From Phycisphaerae bacterium (lineage in GTDB: Bacteria > Planctomycetota > Phycisphaerae > UBA1845 > Fen-1342): DNA of 64,000 nt. Shown here in pieces: positions 31,303 to 40,802 of this stretch (the first letter of the stretch is position 1; each line of letters opens with the position of its first letter). The notes below the pieces were generated by a model. It was not told the DNA's origin and made no database searches. It saw only the letters and a list, made by a program, of their open reading frames with translations. A program made the translations under genes and the position numbers. The stretch lies in NCBI GenBank assembly GCA_963675745.2, contig CAXXWX010000026.1, positions 288,001 through 352,000 of the forward strand, read 5' to 3'.

Positions 31303-31659
31303 CTATCGGCGTGCTTCCTCCGCTGACTCAAGCTCGCGAGCGAGAGCGCTTTCGAGTTTGTGGAGTTGGCTGGCCTTGCACCGCTGGAACCCCGCTTCCC
31401 GCTGCTCACACTCCTCCGGGCCGGAGAAAAGCCGCGCAAGCAGCCGGCTGGTACGTCGCCACAGCAGGTGTGGGTAACGGTGGGACAGCTCATACAAGGC
31501 ATGTACGCGCGCACGCATGAAGTTCAGCAGCCGGCGATGGCGTTTTTGCCAGACCAGCGGCTGCGTGGCGTGCAGGCGCAGCTCATCGATGTAGGCTTGG
31601 ACAACGTCGTAGTGCAGGCGTTCGAGCAGAGATTCGCGGGGCCCGGTGTAACTCAGCAT
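31303..31659 (-). CDS. Hypothetical helical protein
   Basis: ORF with a GGAGG RBS upstream, filling the gap; no recognisable motif. Confidence 0.5.
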   Translation of the reverse strand: MLSYTGPRESLLERLHYDVVQAYIDELRLHATQPLVWQKRHRRLLNFMRARVHALYELSHRYPHLLWRRTSRLLARLFSGPEECEQREAGFQRCKASQLHKLESALARELESAEEARR

Positions 31660-31751
31660 GGGCGATCCTCCACAGCACAAATCGCGGAATTCCGTGGAGA
31701 TATACGCCAAAACGCGAGGGCAGTTGCGTCGCTACACAGAAAACGACAAGT

Positions 31752-31900
31752 GGGGGGGAAAGGAAGGCAACGAGGCAACCAGGCAGCAAGGCAACAAGGC
31801 AACAAGGCAGGAAGAAGAAACAACGGCTTGGCTGCCGATGCCTTTTCTTGTGCCTTTGTTGCCTGGTTGCCTTGTTGCCTCGTTGCCTTCTTCTCCCCCC
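31752..31900. repeat. Inverted octamer arrays (AGGCAACA-like)
   Basis: Six AGGCARSN units at 31765-31812, reverse-complement units at about 31851-31890, enclosed by G-run/C-run ends. Confidence 0.85.
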
Positions 31901-33228
31901 TATGCCCGGTAGACGCGGCTGGCCGAGCGTTTCTTGTGGCCGGTCGCGTTGCGCGTATCCACCACCAGCTTCGCGTGCTTGCACACCATGTCGTAATCGA
32001 CCGTGCTGTGATCGGTGGATATCAGCACGCAGTCGTACATTCTCACGCGGGCTGGCGTTAGCGGCACACTCCAGAGGTGCGTGATGTTGTGCTCGCGCAT
32101 CTCCTTGGCATGCGGGATGTGCGGATCGTGATACGAGACCCGCGCCCCGTGCTCCAGCAGCCGCTCGATCAGCACAACCGACGGCGACTCACGCACGTCG
32201 TCAACATCGGGCTTGTAGGCCAGGCCGAGCACCAGCACCTTTGAACCCTTCAGCGATTTGCCGTGCTCGTTCAACGCGTGCATCGTTCGTTGAATAACGT
32301 AGTCGGGCATCGAGGTGTTGATCTCACCGGCAAGCTCTATGAAGCGCGCCGGCATGTTAAATTCACGGGCCTTCCAGGACAGATAAAACGGGTCGATCGG
32401 GATGCAGTGACCACCCAGACCCGGGCCGGGGTAAAACGCCTGAAAGCCGAAGGGCTTGGTCTTGGCCGCCTCGATAACTTCCCAGACGTTGATGCCCATG
32501 CGATCGAACAGCATCTTGAGCTCGTTGACCAGGGCGATGTTAACGCAGCGATAGACGTTCTCGACAATCTTGGTGGCCTCGGCGACCTCCGCGCTGGACA
32601 CCGGCACGGGCGTATCCAGTGCCAGTCCGTACAACGCCGTGGCCAGCTTGCCACTGGTTTTCGTCAAGCCCCCCACCACTTTGGGAATAGTCTTGGTGGT
32701 ATAGTCGGTGCGGCCGGGATCCTCACGTTCGGGCGAAAAGGCCAGGAAGTAGTCCTTGTCGAGCTTCAGGCCGCTCTTGGCGAGGATCGGCTGGCAGACT
32801 TCGCGCGTCGTACCCGGGTAGGTCGTCGATTCCAGCACCATGAGTTGGCCGCGGCGCAGGTATTTGGCGATCTCCTCCGTCGTGCAGCGCACATAGGTCA
32901 TGTCCGGCTCACGCATCTTGTCCAGCGGCGTCGGAACTGCGACCAGAATCGCGTCGGGCTGTTTGAGCTTGCGCATGTCCGACGTGGCGGAAAACAACCC
33001 TTCTTTGATCCGGTCCCTGAAGTAGCCGCCGGGCAGGTGCTCAATGTAGGTCCGGCCGGCCTTGAGCGCCTTGATCTTGCGCTCATCAACGTCGAAGCCG
33101 ATCGTCTTGATGCCGGCGTCGCAGAATTCACGGATGAGCGGCAGGCCGACGTAGCCCAGGCCCATTACACCGACCACGACCGAACGGTCTTGGATTTTCT
33201 GCATCAGTGAATCAGCGGCGTTTTTCAT
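31900..33228 (-). CDS. UDP-N-acetylhexosamine 6-dehydrogenase (WbpA/WecC-like)
   Basis: GLGYVGLP; LESTTYPGTT; FSPERED; GPGLGGHCIPIDP; GLAYKPDVDDVRESP. Confidence 0.93.
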   Translation of the reverse strand: MKNAADSLMQKIQDRSVVVGVMGLGYVGLPLIREFCDAGIKTIGFDVDERKIKALKAGRTYIEHLPGGYFRDRIKEGLFSATSDMRKLKQPDAILVAVPTPLDKMREPDMTYVRCTTEEIAKYLRRGQLMVLESTTYPGTTREVCQPILAKSGLKLDKDYFLAFSPEREDPGRTDYTTKTIPKVVGGLTKTSGKLATALYGLALDTPVPVSSAEVAEATKIVENVYRCVNIALVNELKMLFDRMGINVWEVIEAAKTKPFGFQAFYPGPGLGGHCIPIDPFYLSWKAREFNMPARFIELAGEINTSMPDYVIQRTMHALNEHGKSLKGSKVLVLGLAYKPDVDDVRESPSVVLIERLLEHGARVSYHDPHIPHAKEMREHNITHLWSVPLTPARVRMYDCVLISTDHSTVDYDMVCKHAKLVVDTRNATGHKKRSASRVYRA

Positions 33229-33395
33229 CGTTATCTGCTCCCAACGGGGTTCGGTGAGACGGGCGGCTTTGTACCTGATAACCTGAAGATCGGCAAGACA
33301 ACGCCGGGCCGGCGCGCGTTGCCAGTCCTGATCCGCCCGACGCGCGGGAACTGCGCGGCGCTGCCGCCGTAGCGCGGTCGGCGGATGCCTGTGAC

Positions 33396-33953
33396 TCAAA
33401 CGAGCCCCAGATCGGCCGCAACTGGCTGGAGGGCCGCAACCACGTTGCGGATATGATCGTCCAGCTCAACTTCCAGCAGCTCGGCACCGGCCCGGATGTC
33501 GTCGCGCGACACCGCGGCGGCAAACGCCGGCGTCTTCATCTTCTTCTTCACGCTCTTGGGGGCCAGTCCTTCGAGGCCGGTCGGACGCACCAGCGCGCAA
33601 GCCACGATGAAACCGCTCAACTCATCGACGGCGAAGAGCGCCTTGCGCAATGGACGGTCGCGCGGACACTCCTCAGCGTTCCAGTCGGTGTGCGATAGAA
33701 CCGCCGTCACGATCTCCTCATCGACGCCGCGCTGGCGGAGGATCTGCGCGCCTTCGCGCGTGTGCTCGGGCGGTTCGGGCCAGCGTTCGTAGTCAAAATC
33801 GTGCAGCAGCCCGACGACGCCCCACAACTCCGGATCACCGCCGAGAATCACGGCATAGTGGCGCATGGCCGCTTCGACGGCTAGCGCGTGTTTTCGCAGC
33901 GAGTCACTGGCCGTGTATTCGCAGAGGATTTCCCAGGCTTCATCGCGAGTCAT
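33396..33953 (-). CDS. HDIG/HD-domain metal-dependent phosphohydrolase
   Basis: LRKHALAVEAAM; GLLHDFDYE; AVDELSG. Confidence 0.9.
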   Translation of the reverse strand: MTRDEAWEILCEYTASDSLRKHALAVEAAMRHYAVILGGDPELWGVVGLLHDFDYERWPEPPEHTREGAQILRQRGVDEEIVTAVLSHTDWNAEECPRDRPLRKALFAVDELSGFIVACALVRPTGLEGLAPKSVKKKMKTPAFAAAVSRDDIRAGAELLEVELDDHIRNVVAALQPVAADLGLV

Positions 33954-33969
33954 GATGTCCTCCCGGTGG

Positions 33970-34111
33970 AAATGATGAATGCGGAATGAGGAACGCAGAA
34001 TGCAGAAACCCGGTCCGGCACCCGCGACAGAAGGCGACTATTCCAGATCCTCCGGCGGTGACAATGCCCGGCATGCGCACTTCTGCATTCTTCATTCCTC
34101 ATTCTGCATTC
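33970..34111. repeat. Inverted heptamer arrays (GAATGCA-like)
   Basis: Five GAATGNN-type units at 33970-34004 and four reverse-complement NNCATTC units at 34084-34111. Confidence 0.8.
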
Positions 34112-34117
34112 TCTGTT

Positions 34118-34897
34118 TCACGGCCAGATCTGCGCTGTCGGGACGTACTTGCGCACGACCCCCAACTGCCTCCAGGCTTCATCATACGTGGCGTAGCGGC
34201 CCACGAGCACGACGTTGCTCATCACGCCGCCACGCGGCTCGCGCCGGCGGTGGGCGGGCAGGCCTTGCCGTTCGAGCTGGCGCACGAGATTGTCCGCCGA
34301 GGAGGCGTTGTTGAACACACCGCACTGGATCGCGAAGTGGCTGGCATCCAGGGCCAGGCGCCGACGGGCGGGTTCGGCCAGTCTGCTCCCGGGGAACATG
34401 CGCACGAGTCGCTCGTAGGGAGCGCGCGTGCGGCTCCACTGTCCGCTGCGTTCCAGCGACTCACCGAAGCGCCAGAGCACGTAGTCGAGTGGCGGTGTCG
34501 GGGCCATGCGCGCCGCCGCGGCACCATAGGCCTCCGCCGCGGCCTTCCACATTTCGTCTTCGTAGTACAGCGTGCCCAGCGCCACACAGGCGTTGCAGCG
34601 GACGCCGCCATCCGGAGACTTGCGCAGCGCCTCCTTAAAATCGGTGTACGCCAGCTTTCGCCTGGCCGACTTCGCGAAGGCCAGCCCCCGCGAGTAATAG
34701 GCCCGGCCGACGTCCAGGCTCTGCGGCTCGGCGTAAATGAACCGCGACAGATCGGACACGGCCTGCTCGTAGTTGCCGGCGGCGGCGGCGCGTTCACCGG
34801 ATATGAGCCACTCATGGTGCTCGCCGTCACTCGTACACCCACCGAGTTGGCCCAGCCCAACGGTTAGAATCGTGCATGTCAGTATCGTGCGCATCAT
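34118..34897 (-). CDS. TPR + SPOR domain lipoprotein
   Basis: Lipobox LGGC; TPR helices; C-terminal FAIQCGVF...VLVGRY SPOR-like domain. Confidence 0.8.
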   Translation of the reverse strand: MMRTILTCTILTVGLGQLGGCTSDGEHHEWLISGERAAAAGNYEQAVSDLSRFIYAEPQSLDVGRAYYSRGLAFAKSARRKLAYTDFKEALRKSPDGGVRCNACVALGTLYYEDEMWKAAAEAYGAAAARMAPTPPLDYVLWRFGESLERSGQWSRTRAPYERLVRMFPGSRLAEPARRRLALDASHFAIQCGVFNNASSADNLVRQLERQGLPAHRRREPRGGVMSNVVLVGRYATYDEAWRQLGVVRKYVPTAQIWP

Positions 34898-35089
34898 GTG
34901 GCGTAGCGTACTGCGCGGCGCGCACCTGGGAAAGCACGTCGAGCACGGCGAGATGCGCCGGTTTGAGCGTCCACGGCGGCAGGTCGCGCTGCGGCGGGTA
35001 CCGTCATCGTACGGGACCAGAATCTGCCATGCTCGTCCCAAAGGCCGGCGCCGGTGGACATAGGCACATCCGGCCGCTAGTCTGGAATC

Positions 35090-36142
35090 ATGAAGCTGAC
35101 CTGGCAACGCGTGAAATGTCACACGCGACATGCCTGGCGAATTGCCCGGCCGGGGGCATCGGCGCGCGGCAATGTCGTCGACCGGATTGTCGTGACAATC
35201 GCGCACGACGGGGTCGTCGGCCGGGGCGAGGCGGCACCATCCCCCTACTACCGGCAGTCCTTGGAGTCGGTCGAGGAGGTGCTGGAGCAGGCCGAGCCCA
35301 TGCTCGGCGATGATCCCGGCGACATTGACGCGATCGTGGACCGCCTGCTGGAACGGTTCGACGACCAGCGTGCCGCCGTCGCCGCCATCGACGAGGCTCT
35401 GCACGACTTGTGGGGTCGGCGGGCAGGGCAGCCGGTGTGGCGTCTGCTCGGCGTTGATGCGGCCGCTACGCCGGCCACGTCGATGAGTATTGGCATCGAC
35501 GCGCTGGAACTGCTCCCGCAGAAAGTCGCCGACGCCGCGGATTTCCACATCCTCAAGCTGAAAGTCGGCACGGCCGACGACCGCGCCACGCTGCAAACCG
35601 TGCGGCGTCTGGCGCCGAGCAAGCTGGTGCGGGTGGACGCGAATTGCGGGTGGTCGGCGGACGAGGCGGTCACGCGCATCCGCGCGCTGGAGCCCTTTGA
35701 GCTCGAATTGATCGAACAACCGATCCCCGCCGGACAGTTCGACGCGGTCAGGTCGATCCGCGAGCAGGCGGCCGTGCCGCTCATCGCCGACGAGGATAGT
35801 GTGCGGCCGGCGGACGTGCCGCTGTTGGCGGGCGTGTACGACGGCATCAACATCAAGCTTTCGAAGTGTGGCGGCATTCGTGAGGCCCGGCGGATGATCG
35901 AGTCGGCGCGGGCGCACGATCTGCGGATCATGCTTGGCTGTATGGTCGAAACATCGCTGGGCATCGCCGCGGCGGCGCAACTGGCGGCGCTGGTTGACTA
36001 CGTCGATCTGGATGGGCATCTCCTGCTGGCCGACGATCCGTATTGCGGGCTGATTCTGTCCGACGGAATCGTGCGACCCGGTGACGGGCCAGGATTGAGT
36101 GTGCGGCCGGTCGCGGAGAGTTGTGACGAGATGGGGGATTAG
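35090..36142 (+). CDS. L-Ala-D/L-Glu dipeptide epimerase (enolase superfamily, YkfB/YcjG-like)
   Basis: KLKVG; VDANCGW; IEQP; ADED; NIKLSKCGG; DLDG. Confidence 0.9.
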   Translation: MKLTWQRVKCHTRHAWRIARPGASARGNVVDRIVVTIAHDGVVGRGEAAPSPYYRQSLESVEEVLEQAEPMLGDDPGDIDAIVDRLLERFDDQRAAVAAIDEALHDLWGRRAGQPVWRLLGVDAAATPATSMSIGIDALELLPQKVADAADFHILKLKVGTADDRATLQTVRRLAPSKLVRVDANCGWSADEAVTRIRALEPFELELIEQPIPAGQFDAVRSIREQAAVPLIADEDSVRPADVPLLAGVYDGINIKLSKCGGIREARRMIESARAHDLRIMLGCMVETSLGIAAAAQLAALVDYVDLDGHLLLADDPYCGLILSDGIVRPGDGPGLSVRPVAESCDEMGD

Positions 36143-36154
36143 GAGGCACGAGCC

Positions 36155-37888
36155 TTGCGCGGGCTTACGCTGATCGTATTGACCACCATGTTAATCACAC
36201 CGGCACAGGCAGGCGACGACCAGGCACTCAACGACCTGATTGAGCATGCGATCGCCAACGGCACCGTGCCGTGGCGCCCGCCGGACAATGCGCTGCGCGG
36301 TCTATCGGTGAAACTCGTGTCGCTCGGCGGCGACGCGCAGACAGCCGCCGCGCGCGCCGCCGATGAGATGGGCCTGCTCACTGCGCGCAGCCTGTATCAC
36401 CTGATAAGGCGCGCGGGCGGCTCGGCGTCGATTGCGTTGACGCCCGATGCCGGTGCGCTATCCGAATACGCCCGGGATACTGATTTGTGTATCGTGGTGC
36501 GCGGCGAGTTGTGGGATGGTGATGCAAGTGTACAGGTGTTGCGCCTGGGTGGCGGTGACGCATCGGACGGCAGCCGCACGCTTGCCGAGTGTCTCAGCGC
36601 GGCGCTCGGGCTGAATAGTGCGGCCGAACCGGTCGGCGGGTTGCAGGTCGCAGCGCCGACGTGTGAGATTCTCTATCGCTACCCGGCAAGCGATCAGCGC
36701 GTTCATGCGCGCGCTTACGAAACCTATGAAGCCAACGCGCGCGCGATTTATGAAGGCCTCGTGCGCTACGTCGCCCAGACGCGGGCCACCGGCGGTGAGA
36801 CGACCGACGCGCCCGTCGCCGAGTTGACTGGCAAGATCGCGCGGCGCGCTCGCACCCTGGTACCCGATGGCCGTCTGGCTGACGAACGTGTGGCGTGGTT
36901 CTGCGAAACCTACGCGCGCGTGTCCGTGACAAGTCACAGCCTGACCGTATTCTCGCCGTCGGCGGAGGTGCGGGATGGGCAGGTCATTCTGCGCGGCACA
37001 ACCAACTTCCCAACGCTGATCGACGGGCTCACCGAAGCCCTGCGCGCCGTCGGCCGTGACGAGATCCGCAACGAGATGCGCGTGCTGCCCAACCGCCAGG
37101 TGTTGGGCGACAAGCTCTTCGGCCTGTGCCGGGTCACGATGGCACTCACCTACAACCGGCCGGGCGGTGCCGGCGGCTTGCAGACCGAACTGCTGCTCGG
37201 CGAACCCGTGTTCCTGCTCGATCGAGTGGATGATGAGTACCTGCTGCACGCGGGAGATGGATACTGGGGCTGGGTCGCGGCCAGTGCGGTGCAACCGTTG
37301 ACCGCGGCCGAGTTTGACGAGTACCTCGACCACCCGCGCGGCGTTGTTGTGGCGGACATCGAAACAGAGAGCATCCGGGTTCCGCGCGGAGCCCGCTTGC
37401 CACTCGCCGCTGGCGCCGGCGACCGCCACACGCTGCTGCTGCCTGACGGCGAGCGCGTCAGCGTGTCTGCACAGCAGGTGCGCGCACTGGACTCCAGCGC
37501 ATCGACCGCTGAGCACATCCGCGCCGCGCTCGATCTGCTGCACGTACCATATGTCTTTGGCGGCCGTTCGCCGTTGGGCCTTGATTGCAGTGGTCTGATA
37601 ACGAACATAATGACGCAGAGCGGACAGGCCCCGGCGCGCGACGCGTGGCAACAGGCACTGGCCGGGGAGTTGGTGGCAACACCCTGGTGCCGCGAGCGCA
37701 TCCGGGCCGGCGACCTGCTCTACTTCATCGACCGCGGCGGGCGGATTTACCACACGGGTATCGCGCTGAACGCGACACACTTCGTCCACGCCACTCCGCC
37801 GGCGGTGCGCATCGGAAGCCTGCACCGTGGCGATCGGCTGTACGACGAGGAGCGCGACCTGGCGTTCTTCATGGCCAAACGACCTTAG
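36155..37888 (+). CDS. Secreted NlpC/P60 peptidase with SH3b (YkfC-like) and N-terminal extensions
   Basis: PYVFGGRSPLGLDCSGL; HTGI; FVHA; SH3b TELLLGEPV...DGYWGW; BON-like segment. Confidence 0.85.
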   Translation: MRGLTLIVLTTMLITPAQAGDDQALNDLIEHAIANGTVPWRPPDNALRGLSVKLVSLGGDAQTAAARAADEMGLLTARSLYHLIRRAGGSASIALTPDAGALSEYARDTDLCIVVRGELWDGDASVQVLRLGGGDASDGSRTLAECLSAALGLNSAAEPVGGLQVAAPTCEILYRYPASDQRVHARAYETYEANARAIYEGLVRYVAQTRATGGETTDAPVAELTGKIARRARTLVPDGRLADERVAWFCETYARVSVTSHSLTVFSPSAEVRDGQVILRGTTNFPTLIDGLTEALRAVGRDEIRNEMRVLPNRQVLGDKLFGLCRVTMALTYNRPGGAGGLQTELLLGEPVFLLDRVDDEYLLHAGDGYWGWVAASAVQPLTAAEFDEYLDHPRGVVVADIETESIRVPRGARLPLAAGAGDRHTLLLPDGERVSVSAQQVRALDSSASTAEHIRAALDLLHVPYVFGGRSPLGLDCSGLITNIMTQSGQAPARDAWQQALAGELVATPWCRERIRAGDLLYFIDRGGRIYHTGIALNATHFVHATPPAVRIGSLHRGDRLYDEERDLAFFMAKRP

Positions 37889-37987
37889 CAGCGCGACGCC
37901 CCCGCCGCCATGTGTGCCCCGCAGCCTGCTGTGGGGACCGACTGTGTTTCAGTAATGCCTACTTTCGGAATAGATGCAGCGACGAAC

Positions 37988-40768
37988 ATGCACTTCGCGG
38001 TCGTCGCGCTGCTGGTGCTGGTCGGCGGTGTGCTCGCCGACGCTGAACAGCCGTCCGGGCCCGCAGCGCCCGAATCGTTCAACGACGCCACGGTGATGGA
38101 GCGCTGGTCGTTCAGCAACGGCCCCGAATGGCCCGGTGCGCGCGGATCACTCAAACAACGCGGCAGCGGCGGCCATGGCGGCGACGGAGCGCTCGTTCTC
38201 ACTTACGACTTCGAGCAAGGCGGCAACTATGTCGCCGCGATTGTCGATCTGCCGGATGGCCCGGCGGTCCGGGCTGTGCGGCTCTGGGTCAACAAGCCGG
38301 CGGACAATCTGATGACCTTCCGCGCGCTGGACAGCTCCGGCGAGTCATTCCAGAAGAGTCTGCGCTTCGAGTTCGATGGTTGGCAGCAACTCGAGATTGC
38401 ACTCGCGGGCTGGACATATAGCTGCGGCGGCGACGGCGTGTTCGACGGGCCGCCGCGCCAATTCCACATCCTCATCGAGAATCAGGGCCGCAGCCGCCGG
38501 GGCGACCTGTTGATTGACGATGTGCAGTGGCTGTTCTCGGACGTGGCGACCAGCGGCGATGATGTTGCCAGCGCCACTTTCACCGAGTCCACATTCGCGG
38601 ACTCGGACGGTTGGTCAACGCACGGCTCCGCGGGCAGCTCACTGACCGGCCAAAGCTGGCGCTATCACTTCGATGGAAGTGCCACCGAGACTCATCTGCA
38701 CTGGGGCAAGTCGATCCTCGGCCGACCGAAGGCGCTGCGCCTCACGGTAATCAGCGATGGTTCCGGCCACACGCTCGGCGTTATCTGCGGCTCGCACTTC
38801 CAGGGATTCAAACGCACCCTCGGCGTGCTGGATGAGCCCGGCGAGCGCACATTCGAAGTCCCCATGGGCGACATGACAAGCTGGCAGCACTTCGGCGGTG
38901 AGAACGACGGGATTGTGCGCTATCCGCTACGGCTCGGCGATATCATGCTGCGCAAGACCGGGCCACAAGCGGAAGGCGCGGTCACCCTGATTCGCCTCGA
39001 GTTCGTCACGCAATATGACCGGCGCCGGCCGGTGACGATCATTCCAGCGGTTTCGCGTGACGATCAAGAAAACGCCGTGTTCAAGGCCGAGCTGCGCAGC
39101 CTGCACAGCGCGCCGCTGGCTGGCGTCGTGCGCTATGCATTCAAGACAACCGAGCAGACACTGGAGCGCGGTTCGGCGAAGATCACGATTCCATCGGGCG
39201 GACGAGCTCGTTTTGAGCGGGTCGCGTCGCTGGGCGCGCACCAGGTGCTGGAAGGCGAATTCGAGTTTGTATCCGAGCAGGCGATCGCCGGACCGCAGTC
39301 AATCACCATCGGGCAACCGCCGCCCGCGCCTGCGGACTACGCGCCAAACCCGGGCAGCCGCATGGGCGTCGGGATGTACCTCTATCGCTATCGCACACAC
39401 CCCGACCGCAAAGCGTGGATGGAGCGGATGTGCCGATTGGCGGCGGCGGCCGGCGTGAAATGGACGCGCGAGGAGTTTAACTGGAATTGGATCGAGCCGC
39501 GCCAAGGCGAGTTTGATTTCAGTTTCTATGATGAGCTGGTCGACACCGCCCTGGCCCACGGCATCAGCGTCTACGGTCTTGCGGCCTACTGGACGGAATG
39601 GAATCACCCGCCGGTCACCGACGAGTTCATCGAGAACTACTGCCGATATCTGCGGGCGCTGGTCGGGCGTTATGGCGATCGCATCAAGCACTGGGAAATC
39701 TGGAACGAACCCAACATCTTCTTCTGGCCGGACAAGAAGGAACGCTACCCAGTGCTGCTGAAGCGGGCATACGCGGCGATCAAGGATGCGGCCCCGGACG
39801 CTGAGGTGCTCGGCTGCTCGACGGCGGGTATAGACCGGGGCTTTGTCGAGATGGTGTTGCAACACGGCGCGCCTTTTGATGCACTCACCGTACATCCATA
39901 TCGTCAGGCGCTCGATGCACCGGGTTTCATCAAGGAGCTGCGCGAGACAAGCGCGCTGGTTGATGGCCGAGATATCTGGATCACCGAGATGGGCTGGCCA
40001 AGCCATATCGGCGGATTGAGTGAGCGCGCGCAGGCCGGTTATGTGGCGCGCACGTACATCGCGGCCCTGGCTGCGCCGGCCGTGCGCACCGTGGCGTGGT
40101 ATGACTTCCGCGAGGATGGCGCCGACCCATTCTATAACGAGCACCACTTCGGCCTGGTACGCCAGGACCTGACGCCGAAGATCGCGTATCACGCCGTGGC
40201 GGCGGTCGGTCGGTTGCTGGGTACGGCGGAGTGCATCGGCGCGCTGGATCTTGAGCGAGGATTGCGCGGGTATCAGTTCCGTGACGGCCCACGTTGGATC
40301 GCAGCGCTGTGGTCGCCGGACGATACGTGCCTCGCCAAACTGGCGCTGAAGCCGGCCGGCGCGCGCGTGCTGAACACGCTCGGCGAGCCCGCGGCACTTT
40401 GTAACAGCGATCGTGGGGCCATCCTACGACTTGAGCAGGGTCTGCCGGTGTATATCCTGAGCGCCGCGCGGCTGGAGGTGCGCGTGCCGCCGCCGCCACT
40501 GACGATTTCGGTCGACCGCCCGTCGGTACATCCAGGCGAACGTGTGCGAGTTGCGTGGCAGAGTGATACGGATGTGACAGTCGGCACGCCGATCCTCCCA
40601 GGTGGCTGGACTTCGTCGCAGCAAGATGCGGAGGACGGCATTGGGGTGATTCCACCCGAGACGACGCCGCGGGGCACGTACATCATCCAAGTTCCGGTTA
40701 CGTGCGATGAAATGCCCACGGAAGTTCCGATAATCGTGAAGATCGTGCCGAGGTTATTACGCGGATAA
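37988..40768 (+). CDS. Secreted clan GH-A glycoside hydrolase (GH39/GH5-like) with N-terminal CBM-like modules
   Basis: WEIWNEPN acid/base; VHPY; WITEMGW nucleophile; HFGL. Confidence 0.8.
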   Translation: MHFAVVALLVLVGGVLADAEQPSGPAAPESFNDATVMERWSFSNGPEWPGARGSLKQRGSGGHGGDGALVLTYDFEQGGNYVAAIVDLPDGPAVRAVRLWVNKPADNLMTFRALDSSGESFQKSLRFEFDGWQQLEIALAGWTYSCGGDGVFDGPPRQFHILIENQGRSRRGDLLIDDVQWLFSDVATSGDDVASATFTESTFADSDGWSTHGSAGSSLTGQSWRYHFDGSATETHLHWGKSILGRPKALRLTVISDGSGHTLGVICGSHFQGFKRTLGVLDEPGERTFEVPMGDMTSWQHFGGENDGIVRYPLRLGDIMLRKTGPQAEGAVTLIRLEFVTQYDRRRPVTIIPAVSRDDQENAVFKAELRSLHSAPLAGVVRYAFKTTEQTLERGSAKITIPSGGRARFERVASLGAHQVLEGEFEFVSEQAIAGPQSITIGQPPPAPADYAPNPGSRMGVGMYLYRYRTHPDRKAWMERMCRLAAAAGVKWTREEFNWNWIEPRQGEFDFSFYDELVDTALAHGISVYGLAAYWTEWNHPPVTDEFIENYCRYLRALVGRYGDRIKHWEIWNEPNIFFWPDKKERYPVLLKRAYAAIKDAAPDAEVLGCSTAGIDRGFVEMVLQHGAPFDALTVHPYRQALDAPGFIKELRETSALVDGRDIWITEMGWPSHIGGLSERAQAGYVARTYIAALAAPAVRTVAWYDFREDGADPFYNEHHFGLVRQDLTPKIAYHAVAAVGRLLGTAECIGALDLERGLRGYQFRDGPRWIAALWSPDDTCLAKLALKPAGARVLNTLGEPAALCNSDRGAILRLEQGLPVYILSAARLEVRVPPPPLTISVDRPSVHPGERVRVAWQSDTDVTVGTPILPGGWTSSQQDAEDGIGVIPPETTPRGTYIIQVPVTCDEMPTEVPIIVKIVPRLLRG

Positions 40769-40802
40769 GCAATACTCAAACCGCTGCCAAGGAGTGTGGG
40801 TA

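Noticed and set aside
34898..36019. N-terminal 374 aa of the 633-aa minus-strand ORF
   Set aside because: Antisense to the epimerase. The real gene starts at 34897 with a lipoprotein signal.
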